Shown: piece after piece, positions 47,352 through 59,084 of the stretch | Position numbering within the stretch: position 1 is the first letter of the stretch | How the letters are laid out: each line of letters begins with the position of its first letter | Assembly: GCA_950097015.1 (NCBI GenBank) | Contig: CATNEN010000028.1 | Span: 806,001 to 870,000, forward strand | Direction: 5' to 3' | DNA length: 64,000 nt | Source: Macrostomum hystrix | Lineage: Eukaryota > Animalia > Platyhelminthes | The notes under the pieces: model-generated | What the model was told of the DNA's origin: nothing | Database searches by the model: none | What the model saw: only the letters and a program-made list of their open reading frames with translations | Made by a program: the position numbers and the translations under genes

Positions 47352-50334
47352 TCATTCTGCCGAAGTTACCGCAACCTCAGCCGAAGCGTCAGCAGCTTCA
47401 GGAGCGGCTTCAGGTTCAGCCTCAGGAGCAGCTTCAGGTTCAGCTTCCGTAGCTTCAGGTTCAGCTTCAGTAGCTTCAGGTTCGGCTTCAGTAGCTTCAG
47501 GTTCGGCTTCAGGAGCAGTTTCAGTTTCAGCTTCAGTTTCAGCTTCAGTTTCAGCCTCAGGAGCAGCTTCAGGTTCAGCTTCAGTAGCTTCAGGTTCAGC
47601 CTCAGGAGCAGCTTCAGGTTCAGCTTCCGTAGCTTCAGGTTGAGCTTCAGTAGCTTCAGGTTCGGCTTCAGGAGCAGCTTCAGTTTCAGCTTCCGTAGCT
47701 TCAGGTTCAGCTTCAGTAGCTTCAGGTTCGGCTTCAGGAGCAGTTTCAGTTTCAGCTTCAGTTTCAGCTTCAGTTTCAGCCTCAGGAGCAGCTTCAGGTT
47801 CAGCTTCGGCAGCTTCAGGTTCAACTTCAGGCTCAACTGGAACCTCAGGATCGGCAGCTTCGATGGCGCCCTCGGCGCCCTGAGCAGCCTCGGCCTCCAG
47901 TTTGCTCAGATGGTTCACCGCGTCGATCATTCCCTGAACGAGTTCGAACTCGGCCCGACCAAGCCGGTGCAGATTCGAAATGTCGCAAACGTCGACAATG
48001 TCGGTGTGCTCGCCGTGAGTTCCTCGAACCTGAAGCCATAGGATGAGACACCTTACACCTAATTAGGATCTCAAATCACTTATAGTAGCGAGACAAGATT
48101 GTGAATCTAAAGTCTTTCAGAGAGAATTCGTTAACAGTTGCAAGACCAGGCTATTTTCCCCCTGTGGAAAGACAACGGGGATATTTCAAATACCCGCTGC
48201 CTACTTCCCGACAGCTCCCAAACTGAATGACCGATTTTCGTGAAAGTCCACCATCTGAATCTAAATTTCCCGCCCTTTACGATTATTTCAAAATTCAATC
48301 TCGATTCTTGTCGAAGACACTGATGACAAGGACAGCTTTATTTGCCGCCAGACACCCCGACAAGAATTGTTGAATATCTCGACGATGCCAATGTTTTGTG
48401 ATTCTGTAAGTTGTTTCATCAGATAGAGCGGAAAATTTTAGCCCGTGTTCGTGAATTCCATGGCGATTGGTTGAATATTTTTTGGAATGCAGAAATTTGA
48501 AATTGAAATTCTTCTCGAGGTCTTTCTGGTGCAGACCCACCTGGCAGCCGAGCTCCTTCGCAGTTTCATCCAGCTGCTGCAGCCCTAGGCTGGCGCACAG
48601 GCCAGGCAGGCTGATGTGGACGCTGCCCCTCAGACCTGTGCCCAGGTTTGACGGGCAGCAGGTGAGGTAGCCCAGCCGCTCCGTGCGCTGGAAGGCCTCC
48701 GGCAGGCCGGTGGCCCCGAGGATGCCGGCCTCGATGGCGGCCACGCCGCGGCAGAGCCGGTCAAACACGGCGCGCACATCGCCACCAGGCTGCATGCTGA
48801 TGATTCGCAGGTGATCGCCTTCGTTCAGCCACAGCAGGAAGGTCTTCTCAGCGTTGTGGAAGATGCCGCGACCGGCTGGCCAGTGCCTGAGGTCAGTTTG
48901 AGTCCCAGATTTTTTCTTCCGGATCCCTTCTCTATAATCCCCTCTTCCCGATCCAGTATTCCCGATCCCCAATTCACGATCCACTCTTCCTGACCCTTTC
49001 TCCACGATCCCCTTTTTACGATCCCCTCTTGAAGATCCTCTCTTCCCGATTCCATATTCACGATCCCCTTTTTACGATCCCCTCTTTACGATCCCCTCTT
49101 CACGATCCCCTCTTCACGATCCCCTCTTGAAGATCCTCTCTTCCCGATTCCATATTCACGATCCCCTTTTTACGATCCCCTCTTTACGATCCCCTCTTTA
49201 CGATCCCCTCTTCACAATCCCGTCTTCACGATCCCCTCTTAACGATCCTCTCTTCCCGATTCCATATTCACGATCCCCTTTTTACGATCCCCTTTTTACG
49301 ATCCCCTCTTCACGATCACCTCTTCCCGATCCTCTCTTCCCGATCCCCTCTTCACAATCCCGTCTTCACGATCCCCACTTGACGATCCTATCTTTCCGAT
49401 TCCATTCACAATCCCCTCTTCACGATCCCCACTTGACGATCCTATCTTTCCGATTCCATTCACAATCCCCTCTTCACGATCCCCTCTTCACGATCCCCTC
49501 TTCACAATCCCGTCTTCAGGATCCCCTCTTGACGATCCTCTCTTCCCGATTCCATTCACGATCCCCTCTTTAGGATCCCCTATTCACGATGCCCTCACTC
49601 ACTCGTGGTAACCAGAGGCCACCTGGAACCGATCCCCTGGCTTGAACAGGAAGTGCTCTTCAACCAGCTGAGCCCTCTGCTCATCGGTGAGCTCGGCCAG
49701 TGAGTAGTAGGTTCCGGCCAAGTCGCCCTCCAGCCCGGAGAGAACATTGCGCATCAGCTCCTCAATGGACAGACGCGTCTCCCGACTGCCGCAGGTGTTC
49801 AACGGAAAGCCAGCCAGATTGCGAGCAACTCGAATCCGGGTGGACCGGATGATGGCCTCGTTCTGGAAGCCGCCAGTCAGCCTCTCTGGGTCCAGCTGGG
49901 TCTCGTGGATCCGGTCCTGCCCGTAGGGGCCGTGGCAGAGATCGATGACTGGATCAAACAGCGCGGCAAAGTCCGAGTAGCTCTCTGCATCGCCAGCGTG
50001 ACAGCCGACCAAGGAGTCCTCGTTGACGAAGCCCGTGTTGACCGCCTAAAGCGTCACAATCAGGAACTTAATTATCATTCTCCACCTGACTAAAATGATC
50101 TAGTTACTACTCGAAGACACTGTCGCATCCAGCACTCACCCGCCTCAGAGTCCAGCCATTCGCGGTGGCATGATCCTTCAGCGAGTTCCACACATCAGCA
50201 GTCAGGCTCTGCGCCATGAAGCTCTTGTTCTCCGGCGACACTTGCGGAAATTCGTCGCCATTCAATCGCTCGTCGATCACAACCTGGTAGTCTGAGTTTG
50301 GAGTCAGAGGTGATCGTGTTTTAATACCGATCAT
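47352..50334 (-). CDS. Phosphagen kinase (ATP:guanido phosphotransferase, arginine-kinase-like) with an acidic repeat tail; ~553 aa; 5' end uncertain
   Basis: Exons 50334 (or acceptor at 50291)-50140, 50045-49603, 48886-48541, 48029-47352, all GT-AG and in phase. Motifs: STRIRVARN, EEHFLF, HWPAGRGIFHN, WLNEGDHLRIISMQ, LTCCPSNLGTGLRGSVHI, QVRGTHGEHT, DISNLHRLG. Confidence 0.92.
48905..49590. repeat. Degenerate minisatellite (core ACGATCCCCTCTTC) filling intron 48887-49602 of the kinase
   Basis: Read directly; lies between donor GA|GTGAGT and acceptor CTCAG|GCACTGG. Confidence 0.93.
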
Positions 50335-51340
50335 CAGATCCTAGATCCTAGATCCCAGATCCCAGATCCTCAGATCCCAGATTCTCAGATCCCAGATCCT
50401 CAGATCCCAGATCCTCAGATCCCAGATCCCAGATCCTCAGATCCCAGATCCTCAGATCCCAGATCCTCAGATCCCAGATCCTCAGATCCCAGATCCTCAG
50501 ATCCCAGATCCTCAGATCCCAGATCCTCAGATCCCAGATCCTCAGATCCCAGATCCTCAGATCCCAGATCCTCAGATCCCAGATCCTCAGATCCCAGATC
50601 CTCAGATCCCAGATCCTCAGATCCCAGATCCTCAGATCCCAGATCCTCAGATCCCAGATCCTCAGATCCCAGATCCTCAGATCCCAGATCCTCAGATCCC
50701 AGATCCTCAGATCCCAGATCCTCAGATCCCAGATCCTCAGATCCCAGATCCTCAGATCCCAGATCCTCAGATCCCAGATCCTCAGATCCCAGATCCTCAG
50801 ATCCCAGATCCCAGATCCTCAGATCCCAGATCCTCAGATCCCAGATCCTCAGATCCCAGATCCTCAGATCCCAGATCCTCAGATCCCAGATCCTCAGATC
50901 CCAGATCCCAGATCCTCAGATCCCAGATCCTCAGATCCCAGATCCTCAGATCCCAGATCCTCAGATCCCAGATCCTCAGATCCCAGATCCTCAGATCCCA
51001 GATCCTCAGATCCCAGATCCTCAGATCCCAGATCCTCAGATCCCAGATCCTCAGATCCCAGATCCTCAGATCCCAGATCCTCAGATCCCAGATCCTCAGA
51101 TCCCAGATCCTCAGATCCCAGATCCTCAGATCCCAGATCCTCAGATCCCAGATCCTCAGATCCCAGATCCTCAGATCCCAGATCCTCAGATCCCAGATCC
51201 TCAGATCCCAGATCCTCAGATCCCAGATCCTCAGATCCCAGATCCTCAGATCCCAGATCCTCAGATCCCAGATCCTCAGATCCCAGATCCTCAGATCCCA
51301 GATCCTCAGATCCCAAATCCCAGATCCTCAGATCCTCAGA
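50335..51340. repeat. 15-bp minisatellite (CAGATCCCAGATCCT), ~66 copies
   Basis: Read directly; occasional extra 7-bp subunits break the register. Confidence 0.97.
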
Positions 51341-52611
51341 TCTAGGATTCCAAATAGACCCTACCTTGTTCCTCTTGAGTTTGAGCCATTTGTATTGTTT
51401 TTCTAGCTCCAACACTATTTAAAATGCCGGAAGGTTTGAATTAATTGAGAGTTCCTTGGAAAATCTTCTTGTCCGTCTGGCACTAGTCTAAAGAATTGAT
51501 TAAGCTTGCGAACGGGGTTTTATTAGTGTAAACTGTCTCATCGGCTGAACCCTAGGGCCACCTTCTCCCAGCCAATGACAGTAGGGCCCCGTGAGTCACT
51601 CCAAATACATGAAATGACGGCAAGCCTTCCCCGTCTGATCTATCAGTCCTTTCCCAAGTTTTCTCTCTGTTTTATCGATCAGCCAATCGACTGAGCCCTC
51701 GGACTCTGATCCCAGTTTCTTGTCGTAAAAATAATTCCGTGTCCCTGTCCCTCTCTCTCATCAGACAGTGTCTGGCCAGAGCAGAACCGGATGCACTTCA
51801 TGCCTCCCTCTCCGTCTAACAGTGCGCTCAACTTAGCTGTCTGCGTCAGGGAGAGGTTGAGTAGAAATGAGTCGCCCTCCACTCCCCCCCAGCCGACTCA
51901 TCCAGACAGACAGTGCGGTTGCTAGGCCAAGTCCAAGGCCTCAGTTTCCAGTTTAAGGTCTGATCCACGATGGGCTAATGGGGGTGGTTGGTGGACTGGA
52001 GCTCATAAGATTGAGGCGGCAATCCTAGCGGGTGTGGGGCCCACACTGAGTCGAGATGACGAATGGCCGCCGCAGCCGGTCGCAGCGAGAAAGCGGCCAA
52101 AACCGGTTCGAACCAGTTTTCGCGCTGCCTTCTTTTTTATGCAGTACTAACTCAAACCCCCCGAGAGAGGCCCGCTAGAGGAAGAGAGCGGGCAGTCACG
52201 AAACTAGAGCCAAAAATGAAAATGTGGAGCTTCAGGCTGAGCCGAGAGATGTGGGCAGAAACTGGCATTTCATTTCCTCTTCCCGACCATCTCGTGCGGA
52301 TTGCTCATTTTATAGTCATCCATCCTGGAAGAGCCAAGACTTGCAACCACTCGGCATCGGGCATAACAGAGACTCTCTGTAGGGTCAGGATGAATTTTAA
52401 CTGATTTTTGGCAGTCTTTTCCGAACCGGAATCACATTTCGTGCGCTAACGGCGACGAATTAACTAAGCCAGAATTAACTAATTGAAGAATTTAGCGCCA
52501 ATTTTTGAAGCTAATGAATTGCTCTTCAAACGAATCTTAAATCAAGATTGACAACTCTTTAGACATGAAAAATGTAACCATGGAGTCGCAAAACTGACAA
52601 AATATGTACTA

Positions 52612-53795
52612 CGCAGGAATCTTATCTAGAATCGTATCAGGAATCGTATCAGGAATCGTATCTAGAATCGTATCAGGAATCGTATCAGGAATCGTATCTA
52701 GAATCGCAGCTGGAATCGTAGCTAGAATAGCATCAGGAATCATAGCTCGAAAGTATCAGGAATCGTAGCTAGAATCGTATCAGGAATCGTATCAGGAATC
52801 GTATCAGGAATCGTATCAGGAATCGTATCAGGAATCGTATCAGGAATCGTATCAGGAATCGTATCAGGAATCGTATCTAGAATCACAGCAGGAATCGTAG
52901 CTAGAATAGCATCAGGAATCGTAGCTCGAAAGTATCAGGAATCGTAGCTAGAATCTTATCAGGAATCGTATCTAGAATAGTATTAGGAATCGTAGCTAGA
53001 ATAGTATCAGGAATCGTAGCTAGAATAGTATCAGGAATCGTAGCTAGAATCGTATCAGGAAACGCATCTAGAATCGCAGCAGGAATCGTATCTAGAATAG
53101 TATCAGGAATCGTATCAAGAATAGTATCAGGAATCGTATCTAGAATAGTATCAGGAATCGTATCTAGAATCGCAGCAGGAATCGTATCTAGAATAGTATC
53201 AGGAATCGTATCAAGAATAGTATCAGGAATCGTATCTAGAATCGCAGCAGGAATCGCAGCTAGAATAGTATCAGGAATCGTAGCTAGAATATTATCAGGA
53301 ATCGTATCTAGAATCGTATCAGGAATCGTATCTAGAATCGCAGCAGGAATCGTATCTAGAATCGTATCAGGAATGGAATCGTATCTAGAATCGCAGCAGG
53401 AATCGTAGCTAGAATAGTATCAGGAATCGTATCTAGAATAGTATCATGAATCGTATCTAGAATCGTATCAGGAATCGTATCTAGAATCGCAGCAGGAATC
53501 GTAGCTAGAATAGTATCAGGAATCGTATCTAGAATAGTATCAGGAATCGTAGCTAGAATAGTATCAGGAATCGTATCTAGAATAGTATCAGGAATCGTAG
53601 CTAGAATAGTATCAGGAATCGTATCAGGAATCGTATCTAGAATCGCAGCAGGAATCGTATCTAGAATCGCAGCAGGAATCGTATCTAGAATAGTATCAGG
53701 AATCGTAGCTAGAATAGTATCAGGAATCGTATCAGGAATCGTATCTAGAATCGCAGCAGGAATCGTATCTAGAATCGCAGCAGGAATCGTAGCTG
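52612..53795. repeat. 12-bp-subunit minisatellite (AGGAATCGTATC / TAGAATCGCAGC / TAGAATAGTATC)
   Basis: Read directly; shares the core TATCTAGAATCGCAG with the 3492-4700 array. Confidence 0.95.
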
Positions 53796-54659
53796 ATTCA
53801 ATGTGGGAATCAAAATCAGAAACTTCACTTTTGCGTATCTAAGCTGGTCTACTTAAAGTAGGTAGTATAGACTCAAAGTTAGCAACATTGAATGCTTGCA
53901 AAACAGAGCATAGGGAAACAAGATGCTGCAACTCATTTTCATAGTTGCTGCGTGGCACTTTTTGAAGCTCGTTATTTTACAGTGATTAAAATTCTAATGG
54001 TGACAAATACAGGTTCCACTGGTCCCAGCCACGTAGTGCTAATATTCACGTACTCAAAAATCCCGCAGTAAAGCTTTTCCCAAGAGAGGCTGCGAAATTG
54101 GCTGAGCAGTTGAGTATAGTGCTCAAAATGGCAGTTCTTTAATTCTGTCTCATTCTCTCTCTTCTATGTTATGCAGATAGAATCGATGCCACAGTATAGT
54201 GAGCATGACCCCAGCTTAATCTCGTGCGACTCAAACCCCGGAAGGAGATGAGACAGTACATACGGACCTCCAATAATGAGAACGACACAACAGGAGAACG
54301 AAAAATATGGAAATTCTGACAGTAATGCGGAAAAAAGTCATTAATTCGTCTTTCACAGCTGTGCATTGCTTGTTGGACCTCATGAGGCTGCATCTCTCGA
54401 TGTGGCTTATACGGCTCTAATGCACACTCCCGCCTAATCCTCCTTCCGCATACATTCGGCATGCATACCATTTTTGTCAGAGAAAGTTCGTTAGAAATCT
54501 CGAATCTCCAATATGTTGAGTCCATAATCTGTAGTTTTCATCGCATTTAAGATGGCACTTGGCTGGTTCTGTTAGTCTGCGTGTCAGTTCTGCGCTAAGG
54601 TCAGATTATTTTCTGATTTGATTGTGGTAGTTGTCTTTGCTGCGAGTATATCCGTATTC

Positions 54660-55056
54660 CACCTGCAAATAATATTAATAATGATGATGAAAATAGTTGC
54701 AGAAGAGTTGCAGAATAGTTGCTGCGGGCAATCTGGCATAACACTAGACCCGCAGCCAGAGAGGAGGCAGTTCTGCCTATTTCGCTGACTCCTGAGCACA
54801 CTCGCACACAGATACGCAGATACGCAGGCACACGCTCATACAGGTGTGTACATCTGCCCCTGACTTTCTCATCGTCAGGCAGTGTACACTCTCACTGTGC
54901 CTTGGAGGTTGGCCCTCATCGGTGTAAATTGCACGACAAGCCCCCAAGCCTTCTCTCCGCAGCGGTACCCTAAATCAATGTGGCGTCGTCGCGGAATCGA
55001 GCTCAGGGACCTTGGTGCGAGAGGCGAACGCATTAGACCGTTCTGCCACTCACTCA
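54660..55056 (-). mobile_element. SINE copy, same family
   Basis: Head GTGGCAGAACGGTCTAATGCG...GAGCTCGATTCC; the body matches 23166-23532 throughout. Confidence 0.9.
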
Positions 55057-56190
55057 CTATGGTGCACGAAAATAATACATTTATAAATTAATTGTAGCTC
55101 AATAGAAAGAGCTGATGATGAATCTTAGTCGCGTCTTGCAGAAAAAAAATTTTTGTTTAATCTAAAAAGTTCTCAATTATTTATATAGTGGATCGCCAGA
55201 GCAAATAGTCAAATAGGCAAATAATGCAGTTAGGCATTTGAATGGCAAATAGTCAAATAAGCAAATAGCCAAAGATTAACCATCAGCCCATTAAAATATG
55301 AGTCGCTTGACCCACCTTTTATTCAGTCGCAAAGTTGAAAAAATATTATAGAAGATAAGCGACTGCCTATGAGATAGATGAGTGACTTTACTGACTGAGT
55401 TCTTGCAGTTAATTTGAGCTCATAAATGTATGATACTCAACAATACACATCTTCGCTTTCTCAGCGGCGTGGCCGCAATGGACTCAGACGCCCCACCCCA
55501 CCACACCCTGAGCACGCGGAAAGTTGGGAAGATGAAGAGTTTCGGAGTTTCGGAGCCAGTTTGGCCATTCGCCCTCCGAAGCCACTTTTTTAAATCGCAT
55601 AAATAAAATACAAATGGTGAGAACTTTAGGCTGGCTCTTTGATATTGCATAATAGCTCGCACATATAGCTCTTATTGGTCCTATACGAGCTACTATAAAT
55701 GTACTTTTCAGTTAGTAAGCTTGTAAGCAAACAGGGCCATCAATCAATTGAGCTTTCAAAGTCCTGAAAGAGGATAAAATTGAAAAAAGAAACTATCTTT
55801 AGCGGTTGCTCGGGACCTGGAGCTCAGGTTAATTAACTGGGTAGAATGAAATGAGAACTCGAGAATTCTCATCCATCAGTTTAGCATTCGACCCACTTAA
55901 CTAAATTCCCAGTTGTAAGGCCTGGCAGATCTAGCGGATGGCCATCTGTTTCCAAGAAGCCCTAAGAGTGCACGGCAGCCAGTTTTAATGGCATATGGTA
56001 GGCTCGGTTCACTCTCTGGTTCCATCGATTTTGGGTGGAAAACTTTTGTTTTAATTGAAAATTCTCTGAAGCCCTGATAATATATCCTTCGATCGATTTT
56101 CCTTCGAGTAGTACGACTTATTTCTATCAAAAAGATAGTATCTAATCATAAATAGATTGCATGCATAGATTCCGATCCAAAAAAGCTAAG

Positions 56191-56442
56191 CTGCAAACCC
56201 ACCCCACTCCACCCCAATTGTGTACACACTAATTTCGTCTCCTACATGTACATTCCTATCCATCAAAGCCTAACTGCAAACCCACCCCGCTCCACCCCAA
56301 TTGTGTACACACTAATTTCGTCTCTTACATGTAAATTCCTATCCATCAAAGCCTAACTGCAAACCCACCCCGCTCCACTCCAATCGCACGCCAATGGTCT
56401 ATACACGATTTTCGTCTACGACCTGTACATTCCTATCCATCT
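56191..56442. repeat. 83-bp tandem repeat, ~3 copies, at the 3' break of the gypsy relic
   Basis: CTGCAAACCCACCCC starts at 56191, 56274 and 56357. Confidence 0.9.
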
Positions 56443-58410
56443 GGAGTCTTTGGAGCAGCGAGCATCGGGAAGTGCTCTCCCTCAGCTCCTCCACAGTAAT
56501 CAAGCCTCCGTTCGTGACCAGCTCAGTCTGGTGAACCGACTCAGGTTCAGAATCGAGAATTTCAAAGCTTAGACTTGATAGAGCGTCAGCATCTTGCATC
56601 TTCTCACATATTCAATCTCATAGTCTCACAGAGCCCATCGAGTTAGTCTTGCAGAGACAGTCTTTGGAAGATTCTTGCTGGGATTCAGAATGTACTTTAA
56701 AGGCTCATGATCGGTCTGCAAGATGAATTTCTTCCCTAGCAACATTTTCCGGGCTCGTTCAACAGCCCAAACAATAGCCAGCGCCTCTCTCTCGATGTTT
56801 GAGTAGTTGGTCTCCGCCTGTGTGAGCGCCCTGGACATGTACATGACGTGGTGTCCAGACTGGACCAGCACCGCGCCAAGGGACCTCTCACTCGCATCAA
56901 CTCGAAGACAGACCGGCGCGGACACATCGAACGGCTTGATGCACGGGTTCGAGGCCAGACACCTCTTCACCTCCAGAAACGCAGCGTCAGCCACAGCGTT
57001 CCACTCGAAAACCCGGTCACCGCGGCGAAGCTCCTGGAGCGGTCGGCATTTCTCAGAAAAGTTTGGGACCAGCCGTCCATAGAACTGAGCCAGACCAAGA
57101 AATCTCTCCAGATCTTTCTTGGTCTTCGGCACCTCGACATCCATCATCCGCTTCACCATGCCTGGGTCAGGTTTTATTCCTTCATCCTCAATAATGTGGC
57201 CAAGAAACTTCAGGCTGTTGGCTCCCATCACACACTTCACCTCATTGATCTTGACATTCGCGGCCTTCAACTTGTTGAGCACCTGCTCCCTGATTTTCTG
57301 CAGCTCTGTGCGACTCACGGCACCGATCAACACATCCTGATAGACGATGGGTGGTCTCCCAGGAGTTTCTCCCTCTCACGTTGAAAAACGGATGGCGACA
57401 CTTTTATGCCATGCGGCAGCCGGTTAAATCGGTAGCAGCCAAATGGAGTGTTAATTGTTGCCACTGCCTTCGAATCCTCACTCAGGGGAACCTGGTAGTA
57501 CGCACCCGATAGGTCCAGCCGACAGAACAGCTTTTTGTTTGCCTTTTTCAAAAAAGCTGTCTCGATCGAGGGAGTGAGTTAGGTCTGGTCTCGATCGAGG
57601 GAGTGAGTTAGGTCTGGTCTCGATCGAGGGAGTGAGGTAGGTCTGGTCTCGATCGAGGGAGTGAGGTAGGTCTGGTCTCGATCGAGGGAGTGAGGTAGGT
57701 CTGGTCTCGATCGAGGGAGTGAGGTAGGTCTGGTCTCGATCGAGGGAGTGAGGTAGGTCTGGTCTCGATCGAGGGAGTGAGGTAGGTCTGGTCTCGATCG
57801 AGGGAGTGAGGTAGGTCTGGTCTCGATCGAGGGAGTGAGGTAGGTCTGGTCTCGATCGAGGGAGTGAGGTAGGTCTGGTCTCGATCGAGGGAGTGAGGTA
57901 GGTCTGGTCCTGAACCAGCCGATTAACAGCTGAATAATCCCCAAAAATTCTCACAGTTGCTGGTGGCTGTCTCTGCAGAACTGGCATGGTGCACCGGTGC
58001 GAGGCCCAGCAGGTCCCGGCCGAGCAGCCCAAACTCCTGTTGGCAGTCGATGACAGGCAGCTCAGCAGCCGTGAACTGGCCATTGTGGCCGCTGGTCTCC
58101 ACCAGGCACTCCAAAACGCCAAGCTGTCATAACGTGCCCATCGTACGCCAGCATGCGCGACTTCGCCGACTTCAGCGGGGGCCTTCCGAGCTCATTCCAG
58201 ATCCATCGTGAGATTGGCGAGCAGGAGGCTCCGCTGTCCTTCTCCATCTGCACTTCTTTGTGGTTGATTCTCACGGTGCAGAACAACCACGATAACACGA
58301 AAGCACAGCGCAACAAAGGCCAAGCTGCAAACCCACCCAATCCACTCCAATCGCGTACACATGAATTGCGTATCCTACATGTGCATTCCGACCCATCAAA
58401 TCTCGGCCTC
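56400..58410 (-). mobile_element. Degenerate Ty3/gypsy pol (protease-RT-RNase H); no integrase, gag or LTR recognised
   Basis: Protease DSGASCS (58236) and LLGRDLL; RT GDYSAVN, LDLSGAYYQVPL, TPFGCYRFNRLPHGI, YQDV (one catalytic Asp missing), FLGHII, FLGLAQFY; RNase H VDAS, NYSNIEREALA, TDHEPL. The PR-RT-RH order fits gypsy. Frameshifts and a stop at 56626. Confidence 0.92.
57560..57907. repeat. 29-bp minisatellite, 12 copies, inside the RT coding sequence
   Basis: 348 bp = 12 x 29; the minus-strand unit GACCAGACCTACCTCACTCCCTCGATCGA encodes DQTYLTPSIE. Confidence 0.97.
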
Positions 58411-59084
58411 AAACTCGCCCACCCACGACATCATTTACATAGTTTTTTACTATACGCTCGTAATCTTCGATTTAGGTGCAAAAGGGAATGTATTTTTTTT
58501 CAATGATTAGAGTGAAAAAAAGCTGAATAGAATCTTGCAAAAACCTGGCCCAATTAATATACAATGGACTATACTAAAGAAAAAGACACTCCTAGCGGAA
58601 CAGACTGGCATTCTGTTGCTGCTACATTGCAGCCTCCGGCACGCCCCATCAAGTTTGAGCAAGCCGAAGTCGGTCGGACAGCCCCCGGAACAGCTCTAGC
58701 CCCGCCCCGCCTCAGGCGCTGCAGTGTTTCAACAGACGCATTTATCTCTGAGCTGACAAGCAACTCAGCCCTCTCTCTCCACTTTATTATATTGGCGAGC
58801 GGCTTTCATTACTAGGCAGTCAGTTCACTCTATAGTTTCTTATCATTTCTGAAAGACTGTTTTTAGCTTTTTAAATATTGAATCAGTTGACGGATGAGAC
58901 CTGTCAAGTCAGAGTCGTTCTTCGATGCTTCCTCTGTGACTCGGCTCGTCAATCATTTTTGGTGGTTCATTTTCGAGCACGAAATGAGTTGATCACTCGT
59001 CGCCCTTCAAATACATCTGATGGGAACTGAGTGACGGAGAGTGTCATTTCGAACGTTTTCGTATGGCTAGTACATGAGATAGTC

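Noticed and set aside
47299-48041. Lys/Leu-rich, Ser/Ala-rich and Phe/Ser-rich ORFs over the kinase tail
   Set aside because: Alternative frames or strand of the same 21-bp repeat; only the Glu/Ala/Pro frame is continuous with the kinase domain.
50894-51415. (DLGSE)n ORF as an acidic N-terminal extension of the kinase
   Set aside because: Register is broken by extra 7-bp subunits, and an in-frame TAG lies three codons upstream of the ATG at 50334.
51918-51931. RFX X-box (GTTGCTAGGCCAAG) suggesting ciliary expression of the kinase
   Set aside because: Only a half-site match and the transcription start is unknown; too weak to support.
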